This document shows, one piece after another, positions 11,472 through 23,239 of a stretch of DNA of 64,000 nucleotides. The position numbers and the translations under genes are program-made. Each line of letters begins with the position of its first letter. Positions within the stretch are counted from its first letter, which is position 1. The notes under the pieces are model-generated. The model did no database searches. It was given only the letters and a program-made list of their open reading frames with translations, and had not been told where the DNA came from. The DNA lies in contig NW_027362762.1 in assembly GCF_046119375.1 (NCBI RefSeq), positions 388,926,001-388,990,000 on the forward strand. The letters run 5' to 3'. Origin of the DNA: Phyllobates terribilis (Eukaryota).

Positions 11472-14400
11472 TGTAATTGAAAATTGTCTTGCAGAGGTGA
11501 TTTTCCTTTTACAGCAGGTTGCCAAGAACGCCAGCTCCGGCGAGCAGCGAGTGCTCCAAAAAGAGATCCGGGCACTGATGCGACGGCAACAGGTGGAACT
11601 CTCCGGCGGTGAGATTGGTAGCGTGAGAATGTGTGACCCTTTCCCTATTGCCATGCCCCCAAAAAGTGAAATGATGATTTGGTGCCGGGCAGCTATTGGT
11701 CTGAGAGGTAGAGATTACCAGGCAATGGTAGAACCAGTTTACTCAGACAGTAGGCCCACCATCTTGACAGCACGGGGGGTGGTTAATGTACGCCATGGGA
11801 GGGTGCCCGTTCGCATAATCAATATCGGGAAGAGGGAAGTGTACCTGCCCCGGTATGCCACGCTAGCCAAATTATATACCATTAACCAAAATGCTATACA
11901 ATCTGTGGAACCCTTGCCTCCATCTCACCCGGAGGAAGGTAACGGCTCTAAGAAAACAATGGAGGACTGGTGTCAGCAACTACATTTGGGTACTGACTCC
12001 ACTCCCTCACACCAGAAACAGGGAGTCTATCAGGTGGTTCAAGAGTACGAGAGAGTGTTTAGTAAACACCCGTTAGACTTCGGGCGAGTAAAGGGGGTAG
12101 AACACCACATCCCCACGGGAGACCATCCTCCCATAAAAGAGAGGTATCGACCCGTACCCCCTGCACACTACCAACACGCCAAGGGGATGCTTAGAGACAT
12201 GAAGGAGGCTGGGGTGATCAGGGATAGCTGTAGCATGAGGATGTGTGTAGATTACCGGAAAATCAACCGTATCACACACAAGGATGCGTACCCCTTACCA
12301 AGGATAGAGGAGTCTTTGGCTGCTTTAAGATCTGCTAACTTCTTCTCTACCTTGGATCTCACTAGTGGGTACTGGCAGGTTCCTGTAGCAGAGGCGGACC
12401 GGGAGAAGACCGCATTCACCACCCCGATGGGACTTAGCGAGTTTACCTGCATGCCGTTCGGACTCTGCAACGCACCAGGAACCTTCCAACGATTAAAGAA
12501 GTGCTGTCTGGGCCACAGAAACTTCGAGACGGTCCTGTTGTACCTGGATGATGTCATCGTATATTCTAAGACTTATGAGGACCACCTGAAACACCTGGCG
12601 GAAGTGTTCGAAGCTCTGGCAAGCTACGGCCTAAAGGTGAAACCCTCCAAGTGTCACCTCCTGAAACCAAAGGTGCAGTACCTGGGACACGTGGTGAGCG
12701 CTGACGGAGTGGCTCCCGACCCTGATAAGATCACCGCAATTAAGGAATGGCCAAGTCCCTCCAGTGTAAAGGAAGTGCGGCAGTTCCTCGGGTTGGTAGG
12801 CTACTACCGCAGGTTCATCCCCGGTTTCACCAAAAAGGCAGCTCCTATGCAGGACCTCCTGATAGGCCAGTCCCGGAAGGCCAAGAACCAGAAGCCGCCC
12901 TTCAGATGGGAGAAGTTGGAAGAAGAGTCCTTCCGCCAGCTGAAGATGGCCCTCACGGGGGATGAAATCCTGGCGTACCCGGATTACAGCCAGCCCTTTA
13001 TCCTCTACACCGACGCAAGTAACATCGGGCTAGGAGCCGTGCTGTCCCAGATCCAGCAGGGGAAAGAGCGAGTAATCGCTTACGCCAGCCGAAAACTGCG
13101 ACCCACCGAAAGAAACCCTGAGAATTACAGCTCATTTAAGCTAGAGTTCCTGGCAGTGGTGTGGGCAGTCACCGAACGCTTTAAGCACTACCTCGCTTCT
13201 TCCCGGTTCGTCGTGTACACGGATAACAACCCGTTGACACACCTGGACACGGCAAGACTCGGTGCCCTAGAGCAGAGATGGATGGCCCGCCTGTCCAACT
13301 ACGAGTTCACCATCAAATACCGGGCAGGACGCTCCAATACCAACGCGGACGCCCTGTCCAGGATGCCAAACCTACCGGACGTAGGAGAAGATCCAGAGGG
13401 ACTGGAAGAAGTCGAACTCCCCGCGTTTCACCGTCATGGGACTATCCAGTATTCCCATCGGGTAAGGAGTAAGCAAGGCGCTACGCTTAACCCCTTACCT
13501 CACTACAACTGGGCGGAAATGCAAGACAGTGACCCTGCCGTCCGGCTGGTGAAGGAGATGCTGACTCAGCCAGAGGCTCGCCTTGACCCAGACGCTCCGG
13601 AGGAAGCCAAGCAACTGTGGGCAGAAAAGAGTAGACTGTTCCTTTACAAGGGGAAGTTGTGCCGCAGGATGGTTAACTCCCGGACGCATGAACTAATCTG
13701 GCAAGTAGTGGTGCCACGACGAGACACAGCCATGGTGATGGAGGCATACCACGATGGAGCTGGGCATTTCGGATGGAAGAAGCTGGAGTTCCTGCTGCGC
13801 GGGCGGTTCCATTGGGTAGGCATGAGGGGAACCATCGAGAGGTGGTGCAGAGACTGTGGCCCGTGCAACCTGAGGAGGAAGGACCGTGCCAGCCAGAAGA
13901 CTCCCCTGCAGTCCATCGTCACCCGGCAGCCGTTGGAACTGGTAGCCTTGGATCATGTAAAACTGACCCCAAGCAGAAGTGGCTACGTCTACGCGTTAAC
14001 CATCGTGGATCATTACTCCCGGTTCTTGGTTGTCGTCCCCGTCAAGGACTTAACGGCTCAAACAGCAGCTAGAGCCTTCCAGCAGCACTTCTGCCGTCCA
14101 CACGGATACCCGGACCAAGTGCTGACGGACCAGGGACCTGCCTTTGAAGCGGAGGTCTTCCAGGAATTCTGCAATCTGTATGGCTGCCGGAAGATAAGGA
14201 CGACACCCTATCATCCGCAAACTAATGGACTTTGTGAGAAAATGAACCAGGTGGTAATGGATCTTCTGAAAACGTTGCCCCTGGAAGAACGCAGTCTGTG
14301 GCCTGAGAAGCTGCCCGATCTGGTGGACCTATACAACCACATCCCGGTAAGTTCCACCAACTGTACCCCGGCTTACCTAATGAGGACGAGACCTGGTAAG

Positions 14401-15177
14401 TTACCTGTTGACCTGGAAATGGGAGTCCTGACACCCGAGGACACTTCACCAGAAGCAGACTGGGACACAGAGAGGCAGCAGCAGTACCGGAAAGTACAGG
14501 AGAGCGTGGAGCGAAGTCTCTGTCAGGCTAGGGAGAGACAAGAGAAAACTTACAACCAGTATGCTCCCGCTGTTCCCCTGGTGCCCGGAGAGCAGGTCTT
14601 GAAGAGGAAAAGACGGCTCCACAAGTTGGACGACCAGTGGGAGAAGGACCCGTACACCGTACTGCCCTCAAGCCACGAGAACCCGAAGGTCTGTACCATC
14701 AGTAAAAACGGAGGGGAGACCACAGCCATTGTATCCCGGGATCACCTGAAGAAGTGTCCTGAACAGCTACGGAACCCTGAAGAGGAACAAGAAGACCATC
14801 GACCCGTAGAGGAAAGGGAAGATATGGTTAGTACTGTGCTCGGAGACTTCCCTCGGTCTTGGACTCAAGTCAATGGTGCAGTTGTGGTACCCATACTCAC
14901 CTTCCTCCAACCAGCATCCCAAGCACCTACGGAGCAACAGGTAGAGCTGGAAGAACAGCCGGTCCAGGAGGCAGAAGACCCCACACCAGCAGACCAGGAG
15001 GATCAACCCTCTGCTTGCAGTGAGCCTGCCATATCCCTAGTGAGCCAAAGGGCCCGTAGACCGCTGCCCAGTTTACCCTTAACAGCTCCTACACCCTGTA
15101 GTTCAGGGCCAGACAGTCAGCTCCGTAGGTCCACTAGGGCCACTAGAGGCCAGTTACCCGCACGTTGGAGGATTTGA
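11431..15177 (+). CDS. Gypsy pol: reverse transcriptase, RNase H, integrase (lesioned)
   Basis: YPLPRI, LDLTSGYWQ, MPFGLCNAP, YLDD; RNase H YTDAS...YTDNNP; integrase H-H-C-C, LDH, TDQG, NGLCE; C-terminal LRRSTR. About 15 residues are missing at the RT N-terminus (12234/12235). Confidence 0.93.
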   Translation: MTNTSHPKITLGTNVIENCLAEVIFLLQQVAKNASSGEQRVLQKEIRALMRRQQVELSGGEIGSVRMCDPFPIAMPPKSEMMIWCRAAIGLRGRDYQAMVEPVYSDSRPTILTARGVVNVRHGRVPVRIINIGKREVYLPRYATLAKLYTINQNAIQSVEPLPPSHPEEGNGSKKTMEDWCQQLHLGTDSTPSHQKQGVYQVVQEYERVFSKHPLDFGRVKGVEHHIPTGDHPPIKERYRPVPPAHYQHAKGMLRDMKEAGVIRDSCSMRMCVDYRKINRITHKDAYPLPRIEESLAALRSANFFSTLDLTSGYWQVPVAEADREKTAFTTPMGLSEFTCMPFGLCNAPGTFQRLKKCCLGHRNFETVLLYLDDVIVYSKTYEDHLKHLAEVFEALASYGLKVKPSKCHLLKPKVQYLGHVVSADGVAPDPDKITAIKEWPSPSSVKEVRQFLGLVGYYRRFIPGFTKKAAPMQDLLIGQSRKAKNQKPPFRWEKLEEESFRQLKMALTGDEILAYPDYSQPFILYTDASNIGLGAVLSQIQQGKERVIAYASRKLRPTERNPENYSSFKLEFLAVVWAVTERFKHYLASSRFVVYTDNNPLTHLDTARLGALEQRWMARLSNYEFTIKYRAGRSNTNADALSRMPNLPDVGEDPEGLEEVELPAFHRHGTIQYSHRVRSKQGATLNPLPHYNWAEMQDSDPAVRLVKEMLTQPEARLDPDAPEEAKQLWAEKSRLFLYKGKLCRRMVNSRTHELIWQVVVPRRDTAMVMEAYHDGAGHFGWKKLEFLLRGRFHWVGMRGTIERWCRDCGPCNLRRKDRASQKTPLQSIVTRQPLELVALDHVKLTPSRSGYVYALTIVDHYSRFLVVVPVKDLTAQTAARAFQQHFCRPHGYPDQVLTDQGPAFEAEVFQEFCNLYGCRKIRTTPYHPQTNGLCEKMNQVVMDLLKTLPLEERSLWPEKLPDLVDLYNHIPVSSTNCTPAYLMRTRPGKLPVDLEMGVLTPEDTSPEADWDTERQQQYRKVQESVERSLCQARERQEKTYNQYAPAVPLVPGEQVLKRKRRLHKLDDQWEKDPYTVLPSSHENPKVCTISKNGGETTAIVSRDHLKKCPEQLRNPEEEQEDHRPVEEREDMVSTVLGDFPRSWTQVNGAVVVPILTFLQPASQAPTEQQVELEEQPVQEAEDPTPADQEDQPSACSEPAISLVSQRARRPLPSLPLTAPTPCSSGPDSQLRRSTRATRGQLPARWRI

Positions 15178-15529
15178 AGTGTATAAATTGTTTTATTTGT
15201 GGTTACCTGTTTTTCTTGTTGCTTGTGTATAATTATGTGTTTCTAGTTGTTTATAGGAGTCTTTGGTGGATTTACCGGGAATCCTGTGTACATAGTTGGA
15301 GCGTAACCCAGGACGGACTAAAGACTGTTAAGGACTCAGGGCAGGACAGACCCCTACCTGGTTACGTCTCCCTGTTTTGGTGAAATGGACACCTTGCTTT
15401 CTTCAAAGACTGCACCCGGTTACGGACATGCCGTGACCACCTTTATGTGTTTCTTTATTGTATTGTTATTGTTATATCTTGTTATGTTTTTTCTAAAATA
15501 TGTTTAGTCCCGGAGTACTAAATTTCACT

Positions 15530-15538
15530 AGGGGGGAA
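15530..15538 (+). promoter_or_regulatory. Polypurine tract
   Basis: AGGGGGGAA immediately before the 3' LTR. Confidence 0.85.
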
Positions 15539-16539
15539 TGTGGCACCCCAGGGGTCTGGTTTCCACAGTAACAGCAATGTTATGTCTGAGAGCAGGTGGG
15601 AGGTCTCTTGGTCAGGAATCCTATGCATGCCACACCTCCTGCCCAGTCCTGGGAGGGGAAGGACTTCCCCTATATAAACCTGGGGCTGAGGCAGGGTTAG
15701 TGAGTAGAGAAGAAGTAGAGACAGAGAAAAGAAGCAAATATAGGAACAGAACATCAGGAGCTCTGTGGGAGCAGTGTTACAAGGAGTCAGGGACTGGCAG
15801 CTGCAGAGCTCGCCCTGACTGAGAAGATTTCTTACCGGACCCGGAGTCCGAGGCTGTGGGGACTAACTCCTACCCAGCAGCAGAATCCGTCAGGCAGGGG
15901 ATTCCAGGTCCTCTGGCCAAGAAACCCGAAGGCACGGTCACACGCATGGGACCAGCACCGCCGTCGTGGAGCGGAAGCTACTAGAAGGCCCCGAGTCACC
16001 GGCCATACGGGTGAGCACCACACGGTACACTCAGGGACGTGGGCTACTTATACCCGCTTCTAGCAAGGTAGCCAGAAGAGTATCGTTAGTTTGGGAGGCC
16101 TACAACTCCGCCTGGCCAGGGGAGATCCCATCTGCTCAAGGACTGACCAGGCCCCAATCGCTAGCCAGTACTCCGGGAGGGTCTATCGTTGTCACCAGTA
16201 AAGACCCTGAACTACACCGTACCGTCTCTGAGTGGTTCCTGCTACCCCCATCATCCACGTCGGCTGCCCTGAGGCCATACCCCTCCCGTTGGGGGTTATA
16301 CTATCACGCTGCACAATCCTACCACCGGCCTCAGCGGTCTGCCCTGCAGCAGCAGCTCCTTAGCTGTACTCAACGGGTGGCGTAGTCGTCCAACATCTAC
16401 CGCTAATACAGCGCCACTTAGTCTGACTCCCTGGGCACGGACCGGGTCACCGCCACGAGACTACAACCCTCAACAGATCCGGCTCCGGGTAAGCTCCCGC
16501 ATGCGCAACGCAGCGCGACACAGGCCCAGGGGCGCGTCA
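15539..16539 (+). repeat. 3' LTR of Gypsy element 1
   Basis: Near-identical copy of 8690-9690, followed by TSD CTGA. Confidence 0.97.
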
Positions 16540-16675
16540 CTGAGTCACTGGTGCCCGCAGCAGGCACAGAATCCCCACGTCCTCTCCCTGCAGGCACAGA
16601 ATCCCCACGTCCTCTCCCTGCAGAAACTCCACGCCCGCGCCCACGACCACATGCCTTACTCCCTGCCTTCTTCAT
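16540..16675 (-). pseudogene. N-terminal segment of the hAT transposase, separated by the Gypsy insertion
   Basis: MKKAGSKACGRGRGRGVSAGRGRGDSVPAGRGRGDSVPAAGTSDS joins in frame to ASPNFTREQ (8685 downward) when the Gypsy and one TSD copy are removed. Confidence 0.88.
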
Positions 16676-17019
16676 CTTGGTAAACTGATAAAGATAGGCA
16701 GAAAAGTACTAAGGGCTTAGTGTGCTTATTCCGGAACAGCTGCTAACAGGTATAAGAAACACTAATTTTATGGACTAGACTTTAATATGAGCTAATGTGG
16801 CCTACACAACTGTAAAGTGGAGTGTTTGGTGAACTTTATTTACGTTTTTTTTTTCAACAAAAAGACACTGGATGTGCCCAAAGATGTAAAACCGATAGTA
16901 TCATAAACTTTTTGTAGCTATTACAATGTAGGAAGGTAACCTACAATGCAATAGATGAGGCTACAAAAAATAGGCTAATACTAATCTGGCTGGGGCTGCA
17001 GGGCACAAGGCTGCAGAAA

Positions 17020-17556
17020 GGCTCCTCTATCTACTCCAATATAGTGTGTTTGGAAGCAATCTAGCTGGATACGGATGGAACCACACTAATAGGAGAAATC
17101 AGGAAAAATGAGCAGCACTAATGCAAAAAAGGACAATGTATGAGGCAGTGACGCAGGCTGAGCGGACTACAACCAGACATGGCTGCAGAACACACTACAG
17201 GGTGAGCTGCACTCACACACAGAGACCTCGCAGACAGCCGTGAACAGTGCAGAGAACTGTGCACTAGCGCTGCAAGGCAAAAGAAAGCTTCTCTATCTAC
17301 TCCTATATAGTGTTTTTGGAAGCAATCTAGCTGGATACGGATGGAACCACACAAATAGGAGAAATCAGGAAAAATGAGCAGCACTAATGCAAAAAAGCAC
17401 AATGTATGAGGCAGTGACGCATGCTGAGCGAACTACAACCGCACGTGGCTGCAGCACACACTACAGCATGAGCTGCACTCACACACAGAGACCTCGCAGA
17501 TAGCCGTGAACAGTGCAGAGAACTGTGCACTAGCGCTGCAAGGCAAAAGAAAGCTT
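17020..17556. repeat. 266-bp tandem duplication in the hAT 5' region
   Basis: ctctatctact...gcaaggcaaaagaaagctt occurs twice. Paired ORFs 17118 and 17384 are offset by 266. Confidence 0.88.
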
Positions 17557-17661
17557 TATAAAGTAGCCTGGGTAAGGCACAATAAAGCAAATCGGTAGCT
17601 AAAACTGTCCCTCAGAACAGCAGCGTCCTATCCCTAACTGAATTCACAGCAGAGTGAACCC

Positions 17662-17715
17662 AAAATGGCGGCGGCGACTTTTATAGTGCATCATGACATC
17701 ATTTCAGCAGCCAAT
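17662..17715 (-). promoter_or_regulatory. Putative Pol II promoter of the hAT transposase (CCAAT, TATA, YY1-like)
   Basis: On the minus strand: ATTGG (17711-17715), TATAAAA (17679-17685), then GCCGCCATTTT (about 17662-17672), about 1 kb upstream of the transposase ATG and in the right order. Motif match only. Confidence 0.5.
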
Positions 17716-19994
17716 CACAGCCATGCCATTAGTTAACATGCCTAACATGCCTAACAGGATGTGCCCACACTTCTTAGGATCCTCATTGGCTGAATAAAAT
17801 CAAACTGGCTCATTGCATTATGGGAACTTCCGATTCCGGTATGCGATATTCTAAAAGTATCGGAACTCCGATACCGCCAATATCGGTCGATACCCGATAT
17901 TTCAGTATCGGAATGCTCAACACTAGTAATGACTGTTAAAATAATAAAAAAAATACCTTACCATGTTCCGCTAGCTCTGCCCTCTGTAGCATGTGCTCTG
18001 TGGCTCAGCATGGCAGGCGCAATCTAGTTATGTTATCGAGCCTGCCAACTCCAGTTTTAGTCGCACTGGCACATTGGCTCTCTCCTACGCCATTGTATTC
18101 AACAGTATCCACATTCTCAGGATGCAGACACCATTGAAATCTAGACCACAGTGTCACCACTGCTGGCTAGCCATTAGTCACTGGGTTCTCCTGAGCTCAG
18201 AGGCCCCATAGCAGCTGTGAGGTCTGCCGCTATGGGTGCCCTTGAGAGAGATCCCAGGGACCACCAGAGGATTCTCTGGTTCTCTGGTGGTCCAGCTCGA
18301 CACTGTATATATTATTCTTTTAAAATAGCTTCCCCATATAACAAGCCTATATACAGTGTATAGACAGTCAGCATATCCAGGCAGTATGGGAATAACTAAA
18401 AAGCTATATCCAACCTACTCCGAGTTTGTAAGCTTAGGTCTAGGTCTAGAGTTGTTATCACATCTGAAATGGAGTCTCCATTCAGAGACCTGTCAAATAA
18501 CTAGCAAAAATACTGAAAATTAATAACACAGATATCAAAAGAGCCTAAGATAGTAGTAAGTCAGTTAAAGGGGTTGCTTCTTATTCTTAAATGGGAAACA
18601 TTGCACAGTTCAAAAAATTAAGTGGTCAGTACTACTCAATTGTTCATCCTGGCACAGTTGTACAAACCTCCAATAGGGCAATGGTGGACACATTTGCTGC
18701 TCAGTTTTCCAAAGGTAATGCAATAATCAATTCCAGTAGTAGAAAATAATCCACAGCACTCACCTTCCTGTTTTTAATTTAAAAAAACAACTTTATTTCA
18801 CGCACCTACAGCCATGGGATAACAAACAGTAAAAACAATTGTCTGTGCTGTTTGTTATCCCAATCTCTATCTGCATGAAATAAAGTGATATTTTATGGAT
18901 TTAAAGCAGTCAGGGAATATCTATTACTACTGAACTCAAAAATTGCACAGTGCTTTTAAAACATGCAATATTGCAAATTACCCCCTTATTAAAAATCCTC
19001 TCCATTCTCATGAACTGTTCATCGTCGGTTACCGGCCATGGCTATAGTCTATCAGCGGTGGCCCTACTCCTAGGCAAGGAGCACAGTGCTTGCAAGCTCT
19101 TTGCTATAGAGCTTACAGTGGTTTCTTTATAGCTGGCCGGCTGCGGACAGCTTCAGTTTCCATGCACTCCTCTGGTGCTGTCGAGGCACAGTAGCATCAG
19201 AGAGTGCCCACTCTGGGCCAACAATACGACTGGTCTGAACTGTCATTTAGGAGCGGCCTTCTAACAAGCATTCCATATACACAAAGATTGTGTGTGTTAT
19301 GCTGGCAGAAGGCAGATGTACCTTTTTTATGCTTATATTCCTTTGAATTTTGTCATACACAAAGCTATCCCCAATGGAAACAAAAACTAAAGTGTCACAC
19401 AAACAATGCTATTAACAGGGATGGCTATATCTGTTTATGAAGGGTGCTTCTTGCCACTCAATGAAAGATACATCTCTCATTAGGCTGTGATAGGCACTGC
19501 CAAGTGGATGTAGCTGTAACGTGAAGGCTTACTTTTGACACAACTGCCAGGATTATTGATCTTTTCATCTATGATGATTATAATATAAACGTAAAGTGCA
19601 TGTCTGGTTTCATAAACAAAACTGAGCAAGGTATACTATTGCTTTAAAATGACAAAAAACATTACCTATTGCTCCAAAAACCCTTGTCTACTGCTCCCAG
19701 CAGGTCTTCGTTGACAGGGCTACAACAATGATGACCTGTGACCACTGCAGCCACTTATTGGCATCAGAAGTGATGCCGAGGTAGAAACACAAGACCACTG
19801 AACTCAGTGTTTGGCAATAGTAGTCATATGTTGAGGACAGGACATCATCACTCCACCGCTGTAAAGAACAACCAGTCGGAGCAGCAAACAGGCAGAATTG
19901 GAGCAGACAAGATTTCAGAAAGTACAGTAAAAGCTGCTTATTTTCTTAAATCACAAGTAGTGTCAGTCGTATTATTTAGTGAAACCCCCTTTAA

Positions 19995-20377
19995 AGCACC
20001 ACTCCAGTGTTTTGTTTTTTCTTATGCAGAGTTGAAGCGGTGCTACTAATCTTATTTCCTTACTTACCAGCCGCCGTCTTCGTCTGTTCTCGGCGCTGCT
20101 CCGGACGATCTCCAGCAGTTTGTAACCTACCGCATCGCTGCGTGATCCGGAAGTCATAACTCAATGGGGCTGTCATAGACTTACATTGAGAGCGTGTGAC
20201 CGTTACCTCTGACTTCCGATCAGTCAGAAGCTGCAGTCACAAGATGGCGGCGCAGGACCTGAGCAGCACCGGGAAGAGATGAAGATGGCAGCTGGCAAGT
20301 ATAATGCTGGGGTCAAGGAATTTAGATTTGTGACACCACTCCAGCACTGAAATTTTAAAAAACGCTGGAGTAGTGCT
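19995..20377. mobile_element. TTAA-flanked MITE (T2/Kolobok- or piggyBac-type)
   Basis: TTAA|AGCACCACTCCAGTGTTTT ... AAAACGCTGGAGTAGTGCT|TTAA. Confidence 0.8.
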
Positions 20378-20778
20378 TTAACTCCGTGTAAATAGCATGT
20401 AACAAAATAACAGCCCCCCCCCAAAAAAAAAACAACTTTTTTTATTTGAAATTGTTTTTTATTTAAAATTAGGCAGGATTCACATCACATTTACCCCTAC
20501 GTTCAATGGCTCCATCTAAGTTTATGTCCAAACTCCTGCCAAACACAATTCGGGCGTAAGTGCTGACGGGCCATTGACTATAATGATGCAGATGGAGTTG
20601 CAATGTGCTCTGTTGTACATCACCGTTTTGCGGTGGTTCGGATGTAAACATCGACAGAGCCACTGAACATGCAACCATGATGAAAGCCTTAGCAAACCAT
20701 AAAAACATAACTGTTTAATAGTTGTCCACTATTGTGAGGACTGGCACAATAACTTGTTAATACTGCATGGTGCTTTAA

Positions 20779-21128
20779 AGCGAACCTGTCACCACAAATA
20801 ACGGCACTAACCTGCAGATATGTGGTAAATCTGGAGGTTAACAGCATTATTATGCTGCCCGGCACCTGCAAGCACCCAAATGGAGCGGAGAGAAAATTAA
20901 CTTTACTAGGGGGAGCGGTTACTGCCGCCACTCTGTATTCTCAGAGAGGTGACTGTACTGGCGCCCCCGCCTCCATGACTGAATCCAAATGCTGGCAGGG
21001 AGAATAAAGTTCATTTTCTCGCTGCTGCATTCGGCTGCGTGCAGGCGCCGGGCAGCATAACGCTGTTAACCTGCAGATTAACCACATATCTGCAGGTTAA
21101 TAGCGTTATTTCTGGTGACAGGCTACCT
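20779..21128. mobile_element. TTAA-flanked palindromic MITE
   Basis: TTAA|AGCGAACCTGTCACCA ... TGGTGACAGGCTACCT|TTAA, with long imperfect inverted arms (aacctgcagatatgtggt / accacatatctgcaggtt). Confidence 0.82.
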
Positions 21129-21929
21129 TTAAGAAGAAAGAGAAAGAAGACTGGTGGATTTGTTACAACGTCAGAAATAAAAAAAAAAAAACAGTTATGA
21201 CTTTCGGAATCCCACAAGCGTAATCTGATTTTTCTCCCATGAAACATGCTTTCATTGTGCAAAAGTACCAAAGTGTATATATGTGTATGTGCGTACATAC
21301 ATATATTACACATTCACGTATATACACTATATATATATATCTATACATAATATATATTATACACTGCAATTCTACTGACCTGTAGAATAAGATTGAGAGG
21401 CTACTTTTTTCCATGATACATGACATGTGGTCAAAAACTACAAAATTGCAGAATGCTTACACTATATCATGTCAGACCTAGGTTTTTTTTCTAAGCCCCC
21501 CATCCCCACTCCCTGATTATGAACAGAAATGAACAAATTACTGTATATTTACTGTACTGTATATACCAAAATGGAACCAATAACAACTACTAATTTGTCA
21601 TGCAAAGTATCAATTCATTATACATTTACAACATGACCCATATTTTCTCCTTCTTTGAAAATGACAGACATCTCCTTTAAGGGTTAAAGGGTTTTTCTAC
21701 TAACTCCATAACACAAATGTCATATATTAGCTGAATTCCACCATGGGGCAGTAGTATTATACTGGACTATTATATGGTGCTATTAATCCAGCAGGGCAAT
21801 GCACAGTAGTCCATACCCTAGTGTGTGCAGTCTGGCACACATTAATGCCCTTATTGCAATGGTTGGCTGCTATGCCAGGTACACAGAGCCCTGAGCCCCC
21901 AACTACTCCCCGAGTGCCCCCATCCTCAC

Positions 21930-22174
21930 CTGACCAAGGGTCCAAGCTGCAAGAGGTGCAGCAGCAGCACCAGCGGTCGGTCCCTACTCAGGTCCCGGTG
22001 GATGAAGATGAGGCTGAGCTGCACCAGCACACATGGCAGGAGGCTGAAGAGGAGGGTGAGGGAGTGCCAGGTGCTGTCTCCGGCCGAGCTGTACGTGCTG
22101 CTTATATACACGGCGGTCACGGTCTCCGCCACAAATAGGACGACTGACAGAAGCACCGAGCCCGGGAATTTCAT
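21930..22174 (-). CDS. XK: XK (X-linked Kx blood group membrane protein) coding exon 1
   Basis: [82 protein letters not shown] closely matches the human XK N-terminus (MKFPASVLASVFLFVAET...[24 protein letters not shown]). 245 nt from ATG to an AG|GTGAG donor, the same length as human exon 1 CDS. Downstream of LANCL3 as in mammals. Confidence 0.95.
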
Positions 22175-23239
22175 GCTGAGCGAGCACCGAGGCTGACACA
22201 CCCGGCCGTGCCCTCCCCCACCGCCCTGTGTGTGCGCCCTCAGCACACTGCAGTGCTGCTGCTGGTACACGGAGGTGAGAGCAGCCTCTGCACCAGTGAT
22301 GGAGCCTCCACAGAAGGGTGCATGGATTTCTTGCTCGTCCTCACCTACTACACTATGGAATTGCTTCTCCAGTTATGTCCTAGTGCACTTTCCTTACCAA
22401 TAATGGTTCGCAAAGGGGGCCATCTGGCGACCCCATATCTGCGCTGCCCTAGCCCCACCTGCTGCACCACAGGACCTCCCCATTGTATAGTGGTCTGCTG
22501 TCACATAAAGGGGGTTTCTAGCCTCAGAAGAAAATGGATAATGGGAGGATGTGATAAGAATAACAAATGAAGCTACACTTACCTGCCTAATGGTGCGTTC
22601 AACCTGTGCCCATGTCTCTGTCCGGGGCGTTCTTCAGAATCCATTCAGATGTGGCCCGATGGAGCTATTGAGCTGGTGGACAAGGCAAACTGAGTTCGAA
22701 GTATGAAACTTTGGGCTCCATTTTTGTGCATATTTCTGGTAGCATTTCATCTTTTCAGGCCAACACAAGGACATAGAGTCCGATTCATCAAGAATGGCGT
22801 TGTTCACACTGGTCTTGATGATGAGATGTGCTGGAGTCAGACGCTCCTGATTCATGAAGAGACATACGCCTCTTCATGAATCAGGAGCGTCAGATGAGTG
22901 GCGTACACCTTAGTATGCGCCTCGCCACAAATCATACTCCAGTCCCTGTCGCAGTAAGATTTGTGGCGTAGCAAATTCCATCCCTCATCGTGAATTTGAC
23001 AAGTGGCGATCACTACACCCTCGTCCTGTCTCAGCTCTGCCCAATTTGTCGGAGTTTGGCGAAAATGGCGTGAGAACACAAAAAGTCACAAAATATTAGC
23101 GTGAGTTGCACCAAAATTATGCGACTTCAAATCTTTTTGAGTGTAAATCGGACCCATAGTCAACTGTACGAATACCATATAAACTATAGGGACAAAAGTT
23201 GTACTTATTGGGGCATATGTGCATAAATATGGAGCTTCC

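Larger units (their letters stand above)
8690..16539 (+). mobile_element. Young full-length Ty3/Gypsy LTR retrotransposon (7850 bp)
   Basis: TG...CA LTRs of 1001 bp each, 4-bp TSD CTGA (8686-8689, 16540-16543), PBS, PPT, gag and PR-RT-RNaseH-IN order. Confidence 0.97.
1831..17925 (-). mobile_element. Large hAT DNA transposon (about 8.2 kb without the nested Gypsy), in XK intron 1
   Basis: TIR TAGTGTTGAGC at 1831 and GCTCAACACTA ending 17925. Perfect 8-bp TSD GTAATGAC at 1823-1830 and 17926-17933. Clusters of ATCGG/CCGAT subterminal motifs at both ends. Internal hAT transposase. Confidence 0.95.

Noticed and set aside
22175-22270. In-frame upstream extension of XK shown in the ORF track
   Set aside because: It starts at a non-ATG codon and homology to XK begins at MKFP, so it is treated as 5' UTR.
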